The translations under genes and the position numbers were made by a program. From Lytechinus pictus (taxonomy: Eukaryota): a stretch of DNA of 64,000 bases. Below the pieces are notes generated by a model. The model made no database searches and was not told the DNA's origin. It worked only from the letters and a program-made list of their open reading frames with translations. This document shows, piece by piece, positions 37,054-51,704 of the stretch. Within the stretch, counting starts at the first letter, position 1; the number at the start of each line of letters is the position of its first letter. The DNA is taken from contig NC_087245.1 of NCBI RefSeq assembly GCF_037042905.1, positions 14,944,001-15,008,000 of the forward strand, read 5' to 3'.

Positions 37054-38810
37054 ATCATACAGATGAGGGCTTGGGGCGATGGGCGCCCAACGTTTTACGT
37101 CCAAGAAAAAACAATTGAGAAAATTAAAGGGAAAGACCCTTGCACATTTTTAGAAACTTTGCTCCATCCGCCATATCTTTCCCTTCAAAGTTGTTTTTTG
37201 CCCATTACGCCACTGATTAAGTTGATATAGAATGTGGTATCTCCTGGACTGTGCATTTCCTGGACTAGAAACACCAACATTTATGAGCGATAGCCACATA
37301 AAATTACTCATGCACTATAACTTAAAAGCCTACATAATTGGGCTCTCATTTACCCCTGTGCTTCCTGGCCAAACTAGAGGAATTAAGTTCAATACAACTA
37401 TCACAACCATTGTAGTATATCCCTAGACTAGCTCATAATACAATATTGGTAAACTCGTTTCCGCTCTTCAAGAAATTTATTGGTTTATCTCATCTTCTAT
37501 TAACCCCCTCGGTCTTTCACTATTATTTTAAATGAAAACGGAGAATCGTATAGAGGCTTTCTAATTTGTTCCAAGGGAAGTTGGATAGACAGTGGTTGGG
37601 TTTTCCCCTCGAATAATTGATGATTCCTAAATCCTCATGATATCACGCGAACCACCAGGCTATCAACATTCACATCAAGGGAAGAAACCAAAAACTTCCC
37701 CAATAATTCCCACCAACACACCAACCAGGTAATTTTCAGGTATGCCCTAGATAATGAGCAACCTTATCCAAAAGACCACATTAATTCCCGGATTGTTACA
37801 GTCACATCAGTGAAGTATGAGTCAAAAAATTTGAAGTGCAAAAACATGACCGCGCTCCTAAACCTGAAAAGTCGAGAGCGAGCAAAACTTTGAACCACTT
37901 GAATCTAAAGCTTTTTTGTGTGATAATAATCAATCTGATTTTTACAGTTAATTTGTCCGCAATTAAGTTAAGTTATTTTACACTCTAAAAAAGGTTGGGT
38001 AACATACTGTCCACACAACAGTTGGTTAAAACTTAATCCAATTCTGGGTAGTTTTAAACCAATAATGTGTGCTTTAGGTGAAAACTACATTGAAAACTTC
38101 CCAGAGTTGGATAATTTTTTTAACCAATTGTTGTGTGCGTGGACTGTTGACAGTATGTTGCCCAACATTTTAAGAGTGTGGGTAGTGACATTAAGTTAAT
38201 TAAATTAAGTAATTAGGTTTTTCAATGTAAAGCGCTCAGATAAATTTTAGTAGGCGCTGTATAAATATCAAATTATTATTGATATATTTTGACAATTTAA
38301 ATTAATAATAGTTCAATCTTTTACCTTTCCCTTTTCTTTCCTTTTCTCACTTTTTTTTCTTTGTAGTAGAACTTACGCCATGTGATACACACTGATGAAA
38401 CTGACTCCATATACCGAGAGTATTAGGCCTTACATTAACACCAATGACATTATCAATCGGTCGGGTTGGAGTCGGTTTCATTTGTGTGACTGTAGCATAT
38501 ACAACCTTTAATTGATCAGGTGGGGGTGCTGAAGTTAATTTGACAAGCCCCCCCCCCCCAAAAAAAAAAAAAAAAAGAGAGAGAGAAAGAAAGAAAGGAA
38601 GGGTTTTCAGTCCAAATTGAAGGTCGTTTTGGTCCCAACAAATTTGACAAGCCAAAAAAAAGAAAAGGTCTTCACTCAAAATTGAAGGTCATTTTCGTTC
38701 CAAAACAAAAATTGTCAAGCCAAAAAAAGGGGGTTTCAACATGTTTTTGTTTGTCTTTTTACATACATTTCTCAAATTTTACACACCTACCAGAAATCCA
38801 GGGGGTGCAG

Positions 38811-39145
38811 CAGTGGCGTACCTAGGATTTTTCACAGGAGGGTAAATTCGTCCGCCCAAAAATTTGACAAGCAAAAAAAAAAAATGTCTTCAACCACAAA
38901 TATAGGATTTCGTACCAGAACAAAAATTGACAAGCAAAAAAAATAAGAATAAAAATAAAAAAATATTTAAAAAAAGGTCTTCAACCACAAATATAGGATT
39001 TCGTACCTGAAAAAAATTGACAAGCAAAAAAAAAGAAGGTATTCAAGCTCGTCAGGGGGGGGGGCAGGGATACGTCCCTTGCATGGGTTGTGACTCGTCA
39101 GGGGGGCAGACTGCCCCCCTGCCTCCCCCCCTAGGTACGCTAGTG
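38811..39145 (+). mobile_element. hAT-type MITE with 8-bp TSD, nested in an older repeat
   Basis: GGGTGCAG|CAGTGGCGTACCTAGG ... CCTAGGTACGCTAGTG|GGGTGCAG. Confidence 0.85.
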
Positions 39146-40814
39146 GGGTGCAGCCTATATGTACGCATGCAGCACCCCCGCTTCCCAGGGCCATGTAATT
39201 GATAGTTTCTCTTTTGACCTGTTCATCATGTCCATTGTCGTGAAAAGATGAAGAAATATAAATCACATTTGTGTTGTATATTATAGGAGCACATTAACAG
39301 AGAAATGATTGAAGTTTAGAGGGATGTATGACTTTACAAATAAAGTGTTTTTGTCTTCCCCCCCCCCCCCCTAATTTATGAGGTACAGCCTTACCTTTCC
39401 CGGGCAAGGAAGCATCTCGTAATGCAGTGGAGTGGATGGTAAACAAGCAAATCTAATTAAACAATCGGAAAATGATAAAATTAATGAAAACAAATATAAC
39501 TAACTCTTATTCGCATTATGCTCTCCATCAAATTAGATCAATAAAGTTAGATTAATATGACCACTTAAATTGGCTCAATTAGTCAGAGGATAGAAATGAG
39601 GTTTCGTGGTTTCGGGCTCATTCCATTTTTTTTTCATACTGATATTCCTTATGGTTACACCATGAAAATAATGATTAAAAAATCCCATAAAAGTATAAAT
39701 TTATTATAATAAAACGTCAAAAGATTTGGGATTTTGGTCTCTCGGGGGGGGGGGGGGGTCGGCAAAATAGCCCTATGTAGGCATAATAGGCTGATGTAAA
39801 TAAAACAAAAGGGTTCGATCCCGTCTCAGCGTGGCATTTTACAAAAGAAATTGTGACAAGTGTTATTTTGGCACCAACGTGTGTACTTTTTTAGATTGGA
39901 AAAGTATATAGCCACTGGTTATTGAAATTCATATAGTGAAATACGATGCACTCTCTGGTCAACCCATCTACTGTGGTAGTGCTGACCTGGTGCTGGTGCT
40001 CTAAATATATGCCTAATTTTAATCCTCATCAAGCAAAAATCGAAGCCAAAATGACCTAGCCTTAGTGATAAAATTTAAGGTCTTTTATTCTCCAATAAAA
40101 ACACCTTTAAGATACATAACTGTTTCCCAAAATTGCTAAAACACCCGATATTTGACATTCCCCAGGCCGCTTCATGCTATTTTTGAAGTATAATTTCATC
40201 ATGTTCATTATGATGCAGCTGTGAGAAGGAAAAAGAAAATTACTGATGCATGGGTGGGCTCTCAAATAAAAAATAAAACAATAAAAAACCTCGAGTGAAT
40301 CGGGGGAAATGTATCATAAAAAACCATAGCATACAGAAACACAAACAAAATAATTACATAAAATTGAGTTCAAAATAATAAAATGAATGCGAGTGATAAA
40401 TAATAAGACACCATCTCTTCTTTTCGTATACGAAATAAAAGGAGGAGAGAACTAATCAACAAATTAGTAGTCTTTCAATCACTATTGTGTTATAAATGGC
40501 TAGTCTTAAATTATACCTTTTGAGAACACTATTAGTAAAACCGAGAATTAAATGACCTAGAATTTTATTTATGTGAATAAATTAATATGTTTTTGAGAAA
40601 AGTACCCACACTTGGTAACATAATCATTGCGAATAGTGCGTTCTCATTTAAGTGGGCCTATATTACGAGACTACACCGCTCAGAATTATGGGTAAATAAC
40701 CTGGCCAGATCATGCAAATAGGAGTAGTTGAGGGTTTGTGGAGGGGGCTGCTAGATTTAAAACGTAGTAAGAAGGATACGAGCTTACTGTTAGTAAGATT
40801 GAAACTTGTTTACA

Positions 40815-40978
40815 CATGGGCCGCGGAACGGTTTTGAAAGGGGGGGGGGGGGTGGGTGGGGTTACTGACCATGCTAAAAATCGCAATCAGTACTGATGGA
40901 AAGGTTTTGAAAAAGTGGGGAGGGGGGCTGAAGCCCACCCAGCCCCCCCCCCCCCCCCCCCCGTTTTCGCGGCCCCTG
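40815..40978 (+). mobile_element. MITE of the CAGGGGCCGCGG family
   Basis: TTACA|CATGGGCCGCGGAACGG...TCGCGGCCCCTG|TGACA. Confidence 0.75.
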
Positions 40979-41920
40979 TGACAGATTAATCGCCCTCGTT
41001 TATTATTACACTTGAGTGCAATGAAAAGTAATTTTTACCCCTGTGGTAATTACCGTGATGTACTTCAGCGCACATTATAATGTTTGTTTTTTCAAAAAGA
41101 GATTCATCCAACCAATTATCGTAGGTGTCATTGTCAACATAAGAACCACGAATCTGAGCTCGATATCTCGGTTTCAATGACAAGTTTATATCTCCTTTAG
41201 GAGTTCAAATAGCCACTTTGCCTGAAGGGATTATTGAGAAAGTGTATAATGGTGCTTTAAAATGTGTTCTTGGATGGATTGAACCTTAAATAAAAATCAA
41301 GGGACGACGATTACTGAATAGATTTCACGCTTTTTTACGCGTGTTTTTTAAGGACATACAATCTGCGAACGTCCGTGTCTGATTCTTTTTTTTCTTTTTT
41401 CGTTTTATTGCTACCTGTTTATGTAAAGCGATCGTAGAGTCCAGTGGGTAGGTATGATAGTGTGAATCATAAGATACGGGATTCGAATCCACAGCAGCAA
41501 TTATCTCTTCGCATTTTGTTTTTTATAGGCAATATCGTATTTTAGCATCCACTTCGCAGACGCTTCTGCAACGTTCAGAATCTATTGAAAATGCCCGTCA
41601 TATCGTAATTCACAAATTAGAGGTCATTGTCGAAATTTGGCGGGAAGGAACAGCACATCGTTTTACGATTTGGATTGGACAAAAAATTATGTATAAGTCG
41701 AGAGTCCAGGACGACACTGCTGTTTTGATTCACCGATTTTCGATAAAGGCTGCTTTATTATGAAAGACTTTTTGCTAAAATGCCCTATTAATCTACATTT
41801 GTCACCACACCACTGCTGAGAGGATTTAGCTTATTTTGTTTTGTCTCTCAACCTGGGTGAGGCCAATTATTTGAAAGATAAGAAAAATGATTGAAAGTTG
41901 AATTCCATTTTTTATATATA

Positions 41921-44006
41921 CACAACAAAAAAAGTAAGTCCCCCCTAAATCAAATTACTGTAACTTTTGAACGGAGTTATTTTGAGATATGATATTTCGT
42001 AGGTGGTTTTCTACACTCATTAAGCAACTCCTGGGGGAAAATGAGATTGATCGGTTGAGTCATGCATGAGTAATTAAAGATTTAATTAAAAATGACCATT
42101 TTTGAAAGTCACAAGAGTCGTTTTTCAGATTGTGCAAATACAAAGTTGGGCAAAAGTTGTTTTTAGGTGAATTTTGTGGTGTTATGCTGTTTTGCTATCC
42201 ATCATTTAGCCACTCTACACACAATTTTGATATCGTATGTTCATGGTTGAGTGAGCACAATATCGCAGGGGCCGCGGAAGCGGGGATGGGGGGGGGCCAC
42301 TTTTTTCCAAAATCATGTACAAAAATGTTAAAATGACCATACGATTGTGATTTTCTGCATGGTCAGCCCCCCCCCCCCCCCACTTTTGGCTCAGCCCCTC
42401 CCCCAGAATTTGAAAACCGTTCCGCGGCCCCTGTATTGTGACGTATCATCATAGGGGTTTTTGGTAGTATCCTCCACAACTTGTTAGGTCATATTAAAAT
42501 TTGAAAATGTTGGTGGCTCCCCCGATTATAGGCCCCTCCCCCATTTTTAAATTTTGGATCCACCACTGATTTGTCCATAAATTAAACTGATCATGAGAAA
42601 TTGTTAGGAAAAGAATACATTTATGCAGTATAAAGAGTATTCATTCCTAAGTTTTCGAATGTGCTCGCTCAACCATGAAAATGTAAAGTTCGGTAAGTGT
42701 GTGGTGATAGAAATGATGGATGATAAAAACAACAGGAATTAAAGTCACATTTGAAACCGAATTTGCCCCCAGTATTCACCTTATTACCCTTTAAAATGAG
42801 TCTGTGACATTGAAAATACCCATTTTCTCACTTTGATGCGTGCTCACTCATCCGTAAATAAACAAATCGATTTCATTTTTGCACATAATTCTGCCCATAG
42901 GTTGATAAACATTACTGCCAAATGACATTGCTAAAGACAGCCTTGATAAAAAGTTCCACCATATTGAATAAGGGGTTACTTATTCTTAAACATACGCACC
43001 CATAATGTACACAAGTCTATGAGAGAGGAAGTCAAAATTTTAACAAATATGAAATAAGGGGTTTGTTTCATGGACGGTTTCTGTTACTTCTGCCAACAGT
43101 TATTTCATGAAACTTCGCACATGGCTTCAGAGTAACACTATCCAAAATGCGCGCACACCAAAATAACAATTCGATACGGCACAGAGTGGGGCCAAGGCCT
43201 TGAACTTTCTTCTCATTTGCATAATTTCAATATTGTGTGCTCACTGATGCATTAAACATCGGGATTTTCATAAAAATCAAATCAAATGAACCATGCAAGG
43301 AGGTTTGTGACAGATATCCATAGTTACAAGTTGCATTTTTTCCAATAACGTAAAAAAGAGCTAATCACATTCCACATGTTCATTCAAGTGTGAATGTTTA
43401 ATTAAACGCCTTTGAATCATTGAAGCATGTTAATTGGTCATGAACATAACGAAAAAGTTGATAAAAGATCAGTTTCAGTTACCAAAATGAAACAATACTT
43501 GCCTATGATATTTGAAAATCGTATTTTTTGTTTTCAATAAATGTTCATTGAACCGTGAAACGATGAATATTGTTGAAGATACTCTTCCCAAAAATAAATG
43601 TCATCATATTCTATCATTTTTATTGATGAAAATGTGTAAAAAAATCCAATGAAAGCAAATTTGGACATGTGTTTATTCAACCGTGAAATTTAGCCCAAAA
43701 AATTGTATCGTCTTTTAGAAAGTACCTTTTACAAGCCTTCTGACTATTTTTCATGATGAGAATGTGGAATCAGTTCCAATAAAATGGAATCAAAGTCATG
43801 ATTTTTGGCTTGTGACTTTTGAAAAGTGACATTTTTGCCTTCTGACGGTGCTCACTGAAGCATGACGTAAAATATGTCCATAACATTCACTCAGAGGGTA
43901 GCTTATAAAATTACCTACACGCTCATGTAAAAATATATCAAAAACTTGCATTGTTTGGGAAATTATTGATGTTTGATCAAGGGGGGGACTTACTTTTTTT
44001 GTTGTG
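41921..44006. mobile_element. 2.1-kb non-autonomous DNA transposon, TA TSD (Tc1/mariner-like)
   Basis: TA|CACAACAAAAAAAGTAAGTCCCCCC ... GGGGGGACTTACTTTTTTTGTTGTG|TA; no transposase ORF. Confidence 0.85.
42266..42433 (-). mobile_element. MITE of the CAGGGGCCGCGG family nested in the 41921-44006 element
   Basis: TATCG|CAGGGGCCGCGGAA...TTCCGCGGCCCCTG|TATTG; the body is the reverse complement of 26695-26857. Confidence 0.8.
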
Positions 44007-47000
44007 TATATACTGTATATAAAACATCAAAAAATTGTATATCTTTTTTTGTATCATATTTTCTACCGTTATTTTTTCGTCACTTGGAAAATGATAGGAG
44101 CGACCACCCCTGTATCATGACCTACAATTATGAGTTATGACAACCCGAAAATTTTGCTTTCGTCTATAATCATTCATAATTCAAAATCAGTGAATGTATT
44201 TGACTTCACTGTGATTCTCGTTAGTTCATTTACATCGTACGATACCAATGGTCCATCAGTCATAATTCAAACGTAAGTAATGCTTGAAGCATACCCATGC
44301 TTCCTTCCACGTATAGTAAGCTGCATAAAAGTAATATAAACACTGTTAATTGACGCCGTGAGTGGAGGTAAGATGATTTATGCTCCGAAAATGGTTGGGG
44401 CGTTATCTGTCGATGGGAAATGAAGAAAGATTGATCGGTATAGAGAACACAATTCTTGCCAGTGTTAAGGTCACCGCACACCTTAGACTAGACCACGATC
44501 TGATTTTGGAACAAATCGCATTTAGCTAATTTTCTGAAAATGCGAATGAAAAGTATGTTTTTACTTGAGGTTTAAATTTAATGTAAGAATACTAAAACAT
44601 GTACAACATTTTGGATGACTGCAAGACTATATTTTGAAGTAAAGGCCAAATTAGTGCCAAATGATAGCCAGCCTTACGATTGGTAATGACGTCATTACGA
44701 CGAGATATCAAATTCGCTTTTATTATATAATAAGGACGATAGCGTAGTCAAATATTATTTTGAATACATGTATTCTGACAATGATTTTGAACATTACACA
44801 GTAAGATATTCCATGTCTTAATGATTACATCAAATTCTACGACGTTTTATTAATAAACCGGGTCGCAGACCAATCGTAAGGTGTGCCTTTAGCTTATTTC
44901 AAATACTGACCGAATATTCAAAGCGAGTGTTCACACCTACTTCCTTAAAGTGTCTTCCATTTGATAGAAAGATCCCTCCCCTTGGAGAATGTTATTTCAT
45001 CCCAGTGTCAGAGTTGACACCTTTTCATACATAAACGACATTTTGAAACCCCCAAGGAATTTATCCTTCCGAGGGCCGTTCTCCATCCTCTTTATCATTT
45101 CTTTACTGTGACATTTAGAGCAATGCAGGAACATCGGAGAAATCCTTTTCTATCATCGATCTATTTGATGATCCAAGAAAAAAAAAGTAAAAAAGCAGCA
45201 TTTTCCTGCCTGTTTTTTTTTTTCATAGATGTACTTTTGTCAGTTCACATGACTTTGTCTTAAAAAGTAAACTTGTTTGTTATAAAGCACTAGTGATCTT
45301 TTTACGAATGCAGTACGACTTTATAACGACTTTTCTTTTACGACTGTCATGATGTTTTGATAAATTCTTGTATTTTACACCAATATGTAGCTGAGCATTA
45401 AATAAATAATTTGCTTCAAAGGCTGCAAGGAATGATTTTGAAATTTATAATTTTTTTGCTGGTCCCGCTGTCCTTCTCAAGTCGGTTTTAACACACGGGT
45501 GAAAATCATAGAATAATGTAAATGAATATCCCATCTCTCTCTCTCTTTGCATTTTTAATCCTTCTCTTTTCGGTCTCACTCCCAAAGGCGAAATTGTTTA
45601 TTCATGCCCATCCCGTAATGATGTATATCAACTTCCCGAGTACTGTTATTTCCCCTTACCGTACACAAGGGCTGAATGACTAAATATTTGAAGAAAGAGA
45701 AAAAACAGATTGAAGTTTGCCGGTAACACGGACTGTAACAGTATATGGCCATGTTCCTTAATGAGGATTGATTCTTATATCAAACATCCATCGAAGCCTA
45801 AAAATTTTGCCTGTAGCAATGTCAACATTCATCTCATACCGCTCCAAGTTTGCTCCATTCAGACTAGGTAATGTTTAAATGTTTTCTCTAAATGTCAGAG
45901 TTCCTGTAAAATGTCAGAAAATATCACCGAGTGTGACACATAAACGCGATGCCGAAATAAGAAAAACGCAAAGATAGTGGAATGGGGATGAAAAAAGTGT
46001 AGTGAGAGTATGAGGCAGTTATTATATAGAGAGAGAAGAGAGGGAAGCGGGGGTAGGAGATATTTATAGAAAAGGATGAAAGATAGAGGGACAGGGAGAG
46101 ACAGTGGGGGGGGGGGGGGGAGAAGGAGAAAGAATGATGTGGTCGTAGTATAGTCTTGAAGACGAATGACCGCTTAACCTGCTATATATCATTCATGGTG
46201 TCAAACAATAAGCATCAAATATATGACTCTATACCATGACTGCGTACTGGCATAAGCAATGATGCTATTTAAAACTATGATTGACTGCCTGCTCATTTTT
46301 TTTTAACATACATTCACATTAATAATTGTAAATTTATCATGGACTACGATGGGTCATATCATAACCTGAAATAGAGACGATCAAAGGGCTATGTAAATCT
46401 CTATACATGACTTGTGTACGACTCCTTAGATTGCCAGATATGTATGTTTTCCGAAGTTTCATACATAATATTTTATATTGCTATATGCAAGATTATACGA
46501 TGTATACATTACAAGGAAATGGAGCGCGTAAAGAAGAATAAGCACCCCTTCTCGTTTTAGGAGTGTTCGATTTTATTATAAAAATGTTATTATTGCCAAA
46601 TTTTCTTGCTATCAGAAATGATCTCGCATCTACCATAATATACTTTCGATCACCACACAAAAATAATATCTGAAGTGCTTGATTTGTCTCTTAAATACGG
46701 CAGATAAAATCTAAAATATATATGTCATTATATATGTAATAACTTCATTCGTCAGTTATCTCATTAAATTGAAATGCGGAGAATAAGTGCAATGTCCGTC
46801 GAATTGTACAGTGTTTTTAATACTTTTTAAAAGAAAGTGTTTTGGGTGAAAATAATTCACCTGTGTTAAATGACCCGAAGACTGTTTGTTATGTATGATA
46901 CGGTCACTCTTTTTAATGCAGTGATATCGTATTATAATCATATAGCTCGAATTATTGGAGTGAATGTTATGTATTTACATAAAACTATTATTTATGAACC

Positions 47001-47616
47001 AGAATGATTGCCTTTCTTAATATCGCCACTGCTTTGTATTCAGCAAAATATACGACAGTCTCTTGCATTCCCCTATACTCGTACACTTTCAATATTTGAT
47101 TTTTATTTGTGTATTTTATAAACATTCATATACTTTCTTTACATTGTTTACGATTTTTGTTTAACATTTGACACCGTTTACATTTTATGATATTAGATTA
47201 TGTATTATATATCAATTATGTCGAGAAAAAATAATATAAATAAACTAAAGTTATAGGAATTGACTTGTCTTCGCAGGCATTTAAACGCAATCATACTTCG
47301 TGTAAACAATCCAATGAATTAAGATGTGGCGCAGAAGATTAAAATCGTTTTATGCTGAACGAAGTCACGTGTATCCTCATGGGGAAATATGAACTTCTTC
47401 GTGTTTTACACTTAATACTCTAGTTCCCGAGATTCAATTTCATCCATGTCCCATGTAGCATTTACATTTCCTAGAACGCTCTTATATATGGTATACCAAG
47501 GGAGATCCCCTACGCCGGGATACTGATATATGATTTTCATGTCAAAAGCATTATTTATATATAAAATTTACCTAGAGTTCGGTAAAAAAAAAATACAAAA
47601 GCATCACTTATTCCCC

Positions 47617-47659
47617 GAAGAACGTTGGTGAAGAACGTTGGTGAAGAACGTTGGTGAAG
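47617..47659. repeat. 13-bp tandem repeat GAAGAACGTTGGT x3
   Basis: Directly visible. Confidence 0.85.
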
Positions 47660-48972
47660 GCTGAAGCTTCTAAAGCCTGCGCAGTACGGGTTGTTTTGCC
47701 GGAGAGAATGCCCTTTCTTTTTCATTACGTTTGAGAAACCTTAAAGTGGTAAATTTCACATTAATGGCTTTTTATTGTATTCATCACAGGATGGTGCTCA
47801 ATGCGCTCCAACATACTGAACAATTAAATCAAAAACAAATCCGTATTCCATGTATTTTTTTATTATTAATTAGTAGTGTGTGTGAAAAAATATACAACCG
47901 GTCCACCGCCGTAAAGATTATAGCACTCCCTTAATGATTTGAAGTGATATCCAATGTAATTTTTTCATTTAGTAAGCTTTGATCTTTTCATCATTTGAAT
48001 AAATAATGGAAAGCATTGATGAGGAAAACAACAATCGAAAGATACCTTGATTATACCTTTTACGCAACTCATCTCCTCCTTCCCTCTGTACTCATTATAT
48101 TTCTTTAGTTTTTTTAATAATCTTTTTGTTAGTTCTTTCTTCTTATTTGTCTCTTGTCTACTTAATGTCTTCTCCAGTTTCTCATACTTCTTATTTTTCT
48201 TCTCCTCATTCTCTTCGTTCTCACATTCTTCGTCTTTCACTCCTCCTTCTTCTCCTCCTCCTCCCCTCCTACTCCTCTTCTTCTCTCTCTCTTCTTCGAC
48301 CTTCTTCCCCTGCTCCTCGTCCTCCACCTTCTTATTCCTCTTTCTTCTCTCAGAGGTCCCTGCTTATGCGAGAGATGTTCAAGAGAAAACTCGCCCCTCG
48401 ACCATTTACATTCTATGTGATTGATTTTCCTTTCTTTTGTCCCAATTTCAACAAGTCTTCAGCCATTGAAAGCATGTAAATGATGGGACATGCTCTTGAA
48501 TTTGATCAAGGTTTGACCAGGGAACCCGGGAACCCCCTGGTTTGACTGGCGTTATTGAGTTTTTAAGTGATATCTGAAGCACACCTGCCCCCCTCGTTGT
48601 TGTTTCTGTTAGTCTTGCAGGGAAAATAACACCTAAACTCAATAAAGGAAAGACCCATCGGAAGACTCATCACAAGTCAAGCACCGTCCTCGGGTTTCTT
48701 CTCTTTTTTTTACCCTATGCAGTGACCTATATAAACAAAAGTAGGATATTAATGCTGGTGCATCGGGGGGGGGGGGGGGAGGTATGATGAAGCTACCACA
48801 TGAAGTAGCTAAATATCCATCTCATATTTTATACAAAATGTGTGAATGACATGTTAATGATCGCCTGTTGCAATCTATAGCAAGTGGTGATAATGATTAA
48901 ATCACTAGTTACTGATCGCCTGTCGAAAACTGTCACAAGCGATGATAACGTGTAAATGTATGGTGCCCATGA

Positions 48973-49661
48973 AGGGACATCGCAAATAGACCAAATCGCG
49001 AATATTGACAACGAAATTCACGACGTCGCCGATCCCGTCGTGAAATTCGCGACGATATTCACGATGCCGCCAATATCGTCGTGATTTCGTTTCCAATTTC
49101 ACAACGAAATTCACGACATCGTGAATTTCGTCACCAATTTCGTCGCAAATTATTCACGACGCCGCGAATTTCGTCATGAATTCGTTTTGCTTGCTTGTAC
49201 TTTTAACCATGCTTTCTGTGAAAATGGTAGGTTTTATCTTCAAATTATGATCCTTTGTAATTTGTACAAAGTGGAATAAGTATGTAGATTTGTTTGATCT
49301 AAGGCTTCCACCGCCTATAATTCTAAGTATTAAAGTTGTTGAAGACTACCGGTAGGCTAGATCGATATTTCTCGTTTCTTAATTCAGTGCCAATCCCATG
49401 CCAACATGCACGTGTCCAACTAGAAATCATAGTCGTCTTCTGGCGCTTGTTCGAGGACCGCCCAAGCAAGCAAAACAAATTCACGACGAAATTCGCGCCG
49501 TCGTGAATTTCGTAGTGAATTATTCGTGACGAAATTGGCGACAAAATTGACGATGTCGTGAATTTCGTAGTGAATAATTCGTGACGAAAATGGCGTCAAA
49601 ATTGACGATGTCGTGAATTTCGCCGTCAATTCTCGCGATTTGGTCTATTTGCGATGTCCCT
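48973..49661. mobile_element. Foldback-like MITE with ~200-bp modular inverted arms
   Basis: TIR AGGGACATCGCAAATAGACCAAATCGCGA; arms made of CGAAATTCACGAC units and ending in TTTTGCTTGCTTG / CAAGCAAGCAAAA; TSD unresolved. Confidence 0.8.
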
Positions 49662-51704
49662 GCAGGGCCATCATAAATTATGAATGACATGTCAGTGATC
49701 ACCATTTTCTATTGTTAGCGCTACCCATCGCGAGTGGTGACCATGTCTGAAACCGCCCAGAGAATCATTTCTACATTCTCAGAAATTATTTAAGGTTCGT
49801 TACCTTGCTATATATTTATGAACCTACCACCTGTAGCTCCCTCCCCCCTTCCCCATCAAGCAACCTTATTACGTGCACACCACCGAATGGCGCCTTGTTG
49901 GTTCAGTTCACCAACTGACAAACTGCTTGAGTTAAGAAGCCCTTCGCAACAGCAAACCTGGAGGGTGACTATCTAATGGCAGTGGCGCCTGCATACAAAA
50001 CACGTTCCAATAATATTGGTCGCTCCGTGACTTGATGTAATTGCCTTTCTTGGTATAATTATATAGAAGAAATCGTTTCCCAGGTAAGGACTATAACCCT
50101 CAAAATTCACCATTGTCTATTCCTAGGAAAACGTGACGCATTACCTAATAGGAGAAAACAGACACATGAATAATGCACAGGGTTTTGGCTCATCACACGA
50201 CAGAATTTGAGGGATGCAATATATATATCTTCATCTTAACTTATACAAATGTATTTTGAGTTGAGTAACCCATTACTGCGAGATACATTTGTGGGATTAG
50301 GTTATGACGCGTGTCGTCAATCACCAGGCGCAGATCCAGGTGATGGGAAAACATGGGGCAAGTGCCCCCGCCCCGCCTCCTCCTACGCCTCCCTTAGCAC
50401 AGACCATACACACCTTTGCAAATTTACTTCCTAATATGAGAAGAACTCTCTATTTATAAAGTAAATTTTTTTAATCATTTTACCTGTCAGATTTCGTCAT
50501 CCGTCATTCCGTCATTATACCCCCTTTTCTCTTGATCATGTTGATACAAAAGTATCGTACCCCTCTGCTATGAAATCTCATGAATCCACCCCTACCGTGA
50601 AAAACGATCACTCTGACCGGGAATAGAACACTGTTTGCAGATCCTTCATGGTTTTCCACAAATTGTCTTGGGTTTCGTTTCTGACTGTGCAGGCGGTTTA
50701 GGAATTAATGGCTTTCTTAAACAACCTTAAAGGTAGCTAAGTAATACTGCTTCAGGTTGGCTGTGACTCGTGGAAGTAATGAAGCCAGCTCAACAGAAGT
50801 TTGAAAGAAATCGGGATGATTATGAGAAAAAACCTACAAAAGATAGAAGTATATATTTTTTACAATTGTTCTTTTTACCACATAAAAGTACCTTCGAAAC
50901 ACGAGAATGATTATTTCTTGTTAAAGACGTCATTTGGTTTCATAGAGCTATCAAATTGTGAATAATAAAAGAACTCGTGGCTGAGTGATGATAGGCGTAC
51001 AAAATTAGTCTCTTAATAAATTATATAGTCATATTTTATTAGATTGTCCGATTGTAGGGCGAAAGGCGAAAAAATAAGTCGTCCAAGAATACCCCAATGT
51101 AAATACATAAATTTGATAATACCTCCAGAAATCAGAAAATTAATTTTGCGTCGCCTTGCATCCGCATGCCACAAGCTAAAGGGAAAGGAAGTAGATAGAC
51201 TCGAGCAACAGGAAAAATTCATGGCAGAATTCACCGAAGGCTGTAATTCAATTGATTTGGACATTTATGAACTGATATACTAGGAGGGAAAGGTATCTCT
51301 ACATATTTTAGTCTTGTCCATTCTAGCCTAATTTATATTAGGCCTATATGAATCGTCAAGATGGTCGATTTTTTGTGATAATCATACCAAGATTATAATA
51401 AGAGCACAAAGTCAAACTTCATCTCATCAATTGTAAAACGAAAATCAAGTCATTTGAATGTGTTTTTATTATTATTCAATGTGTCGATAAGCAACAAGAA
51501 AATGTATTTAAAATCATTCAATAAAATCTGCATATTCATTACTTTCTTACTAAATACGGACACTTTTAATCAAACTTGGACTTGGTAATCATTAAGAATC
51601 ATCACTGGCAACGTTTTTAATGCGTTATTAATTGTTGAAATACTGAAACCATAATGCAAAACATAATTGCTATGTTTACTACAGCAATCGTATATAGCGT
51701 TATA

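Noticed and set aside
47965..48479. E/K-rich and F/S-rich overlapping ORFs
   Set aside because: Low-complexity CT-rich tract that is open in several frames, with no domain or convincing splice context.
48829..49705. Several 60-73-aa ORFs with VVNFVV/HDIV repeats
   Set aside because: Translations of the foldback element's modular arms.
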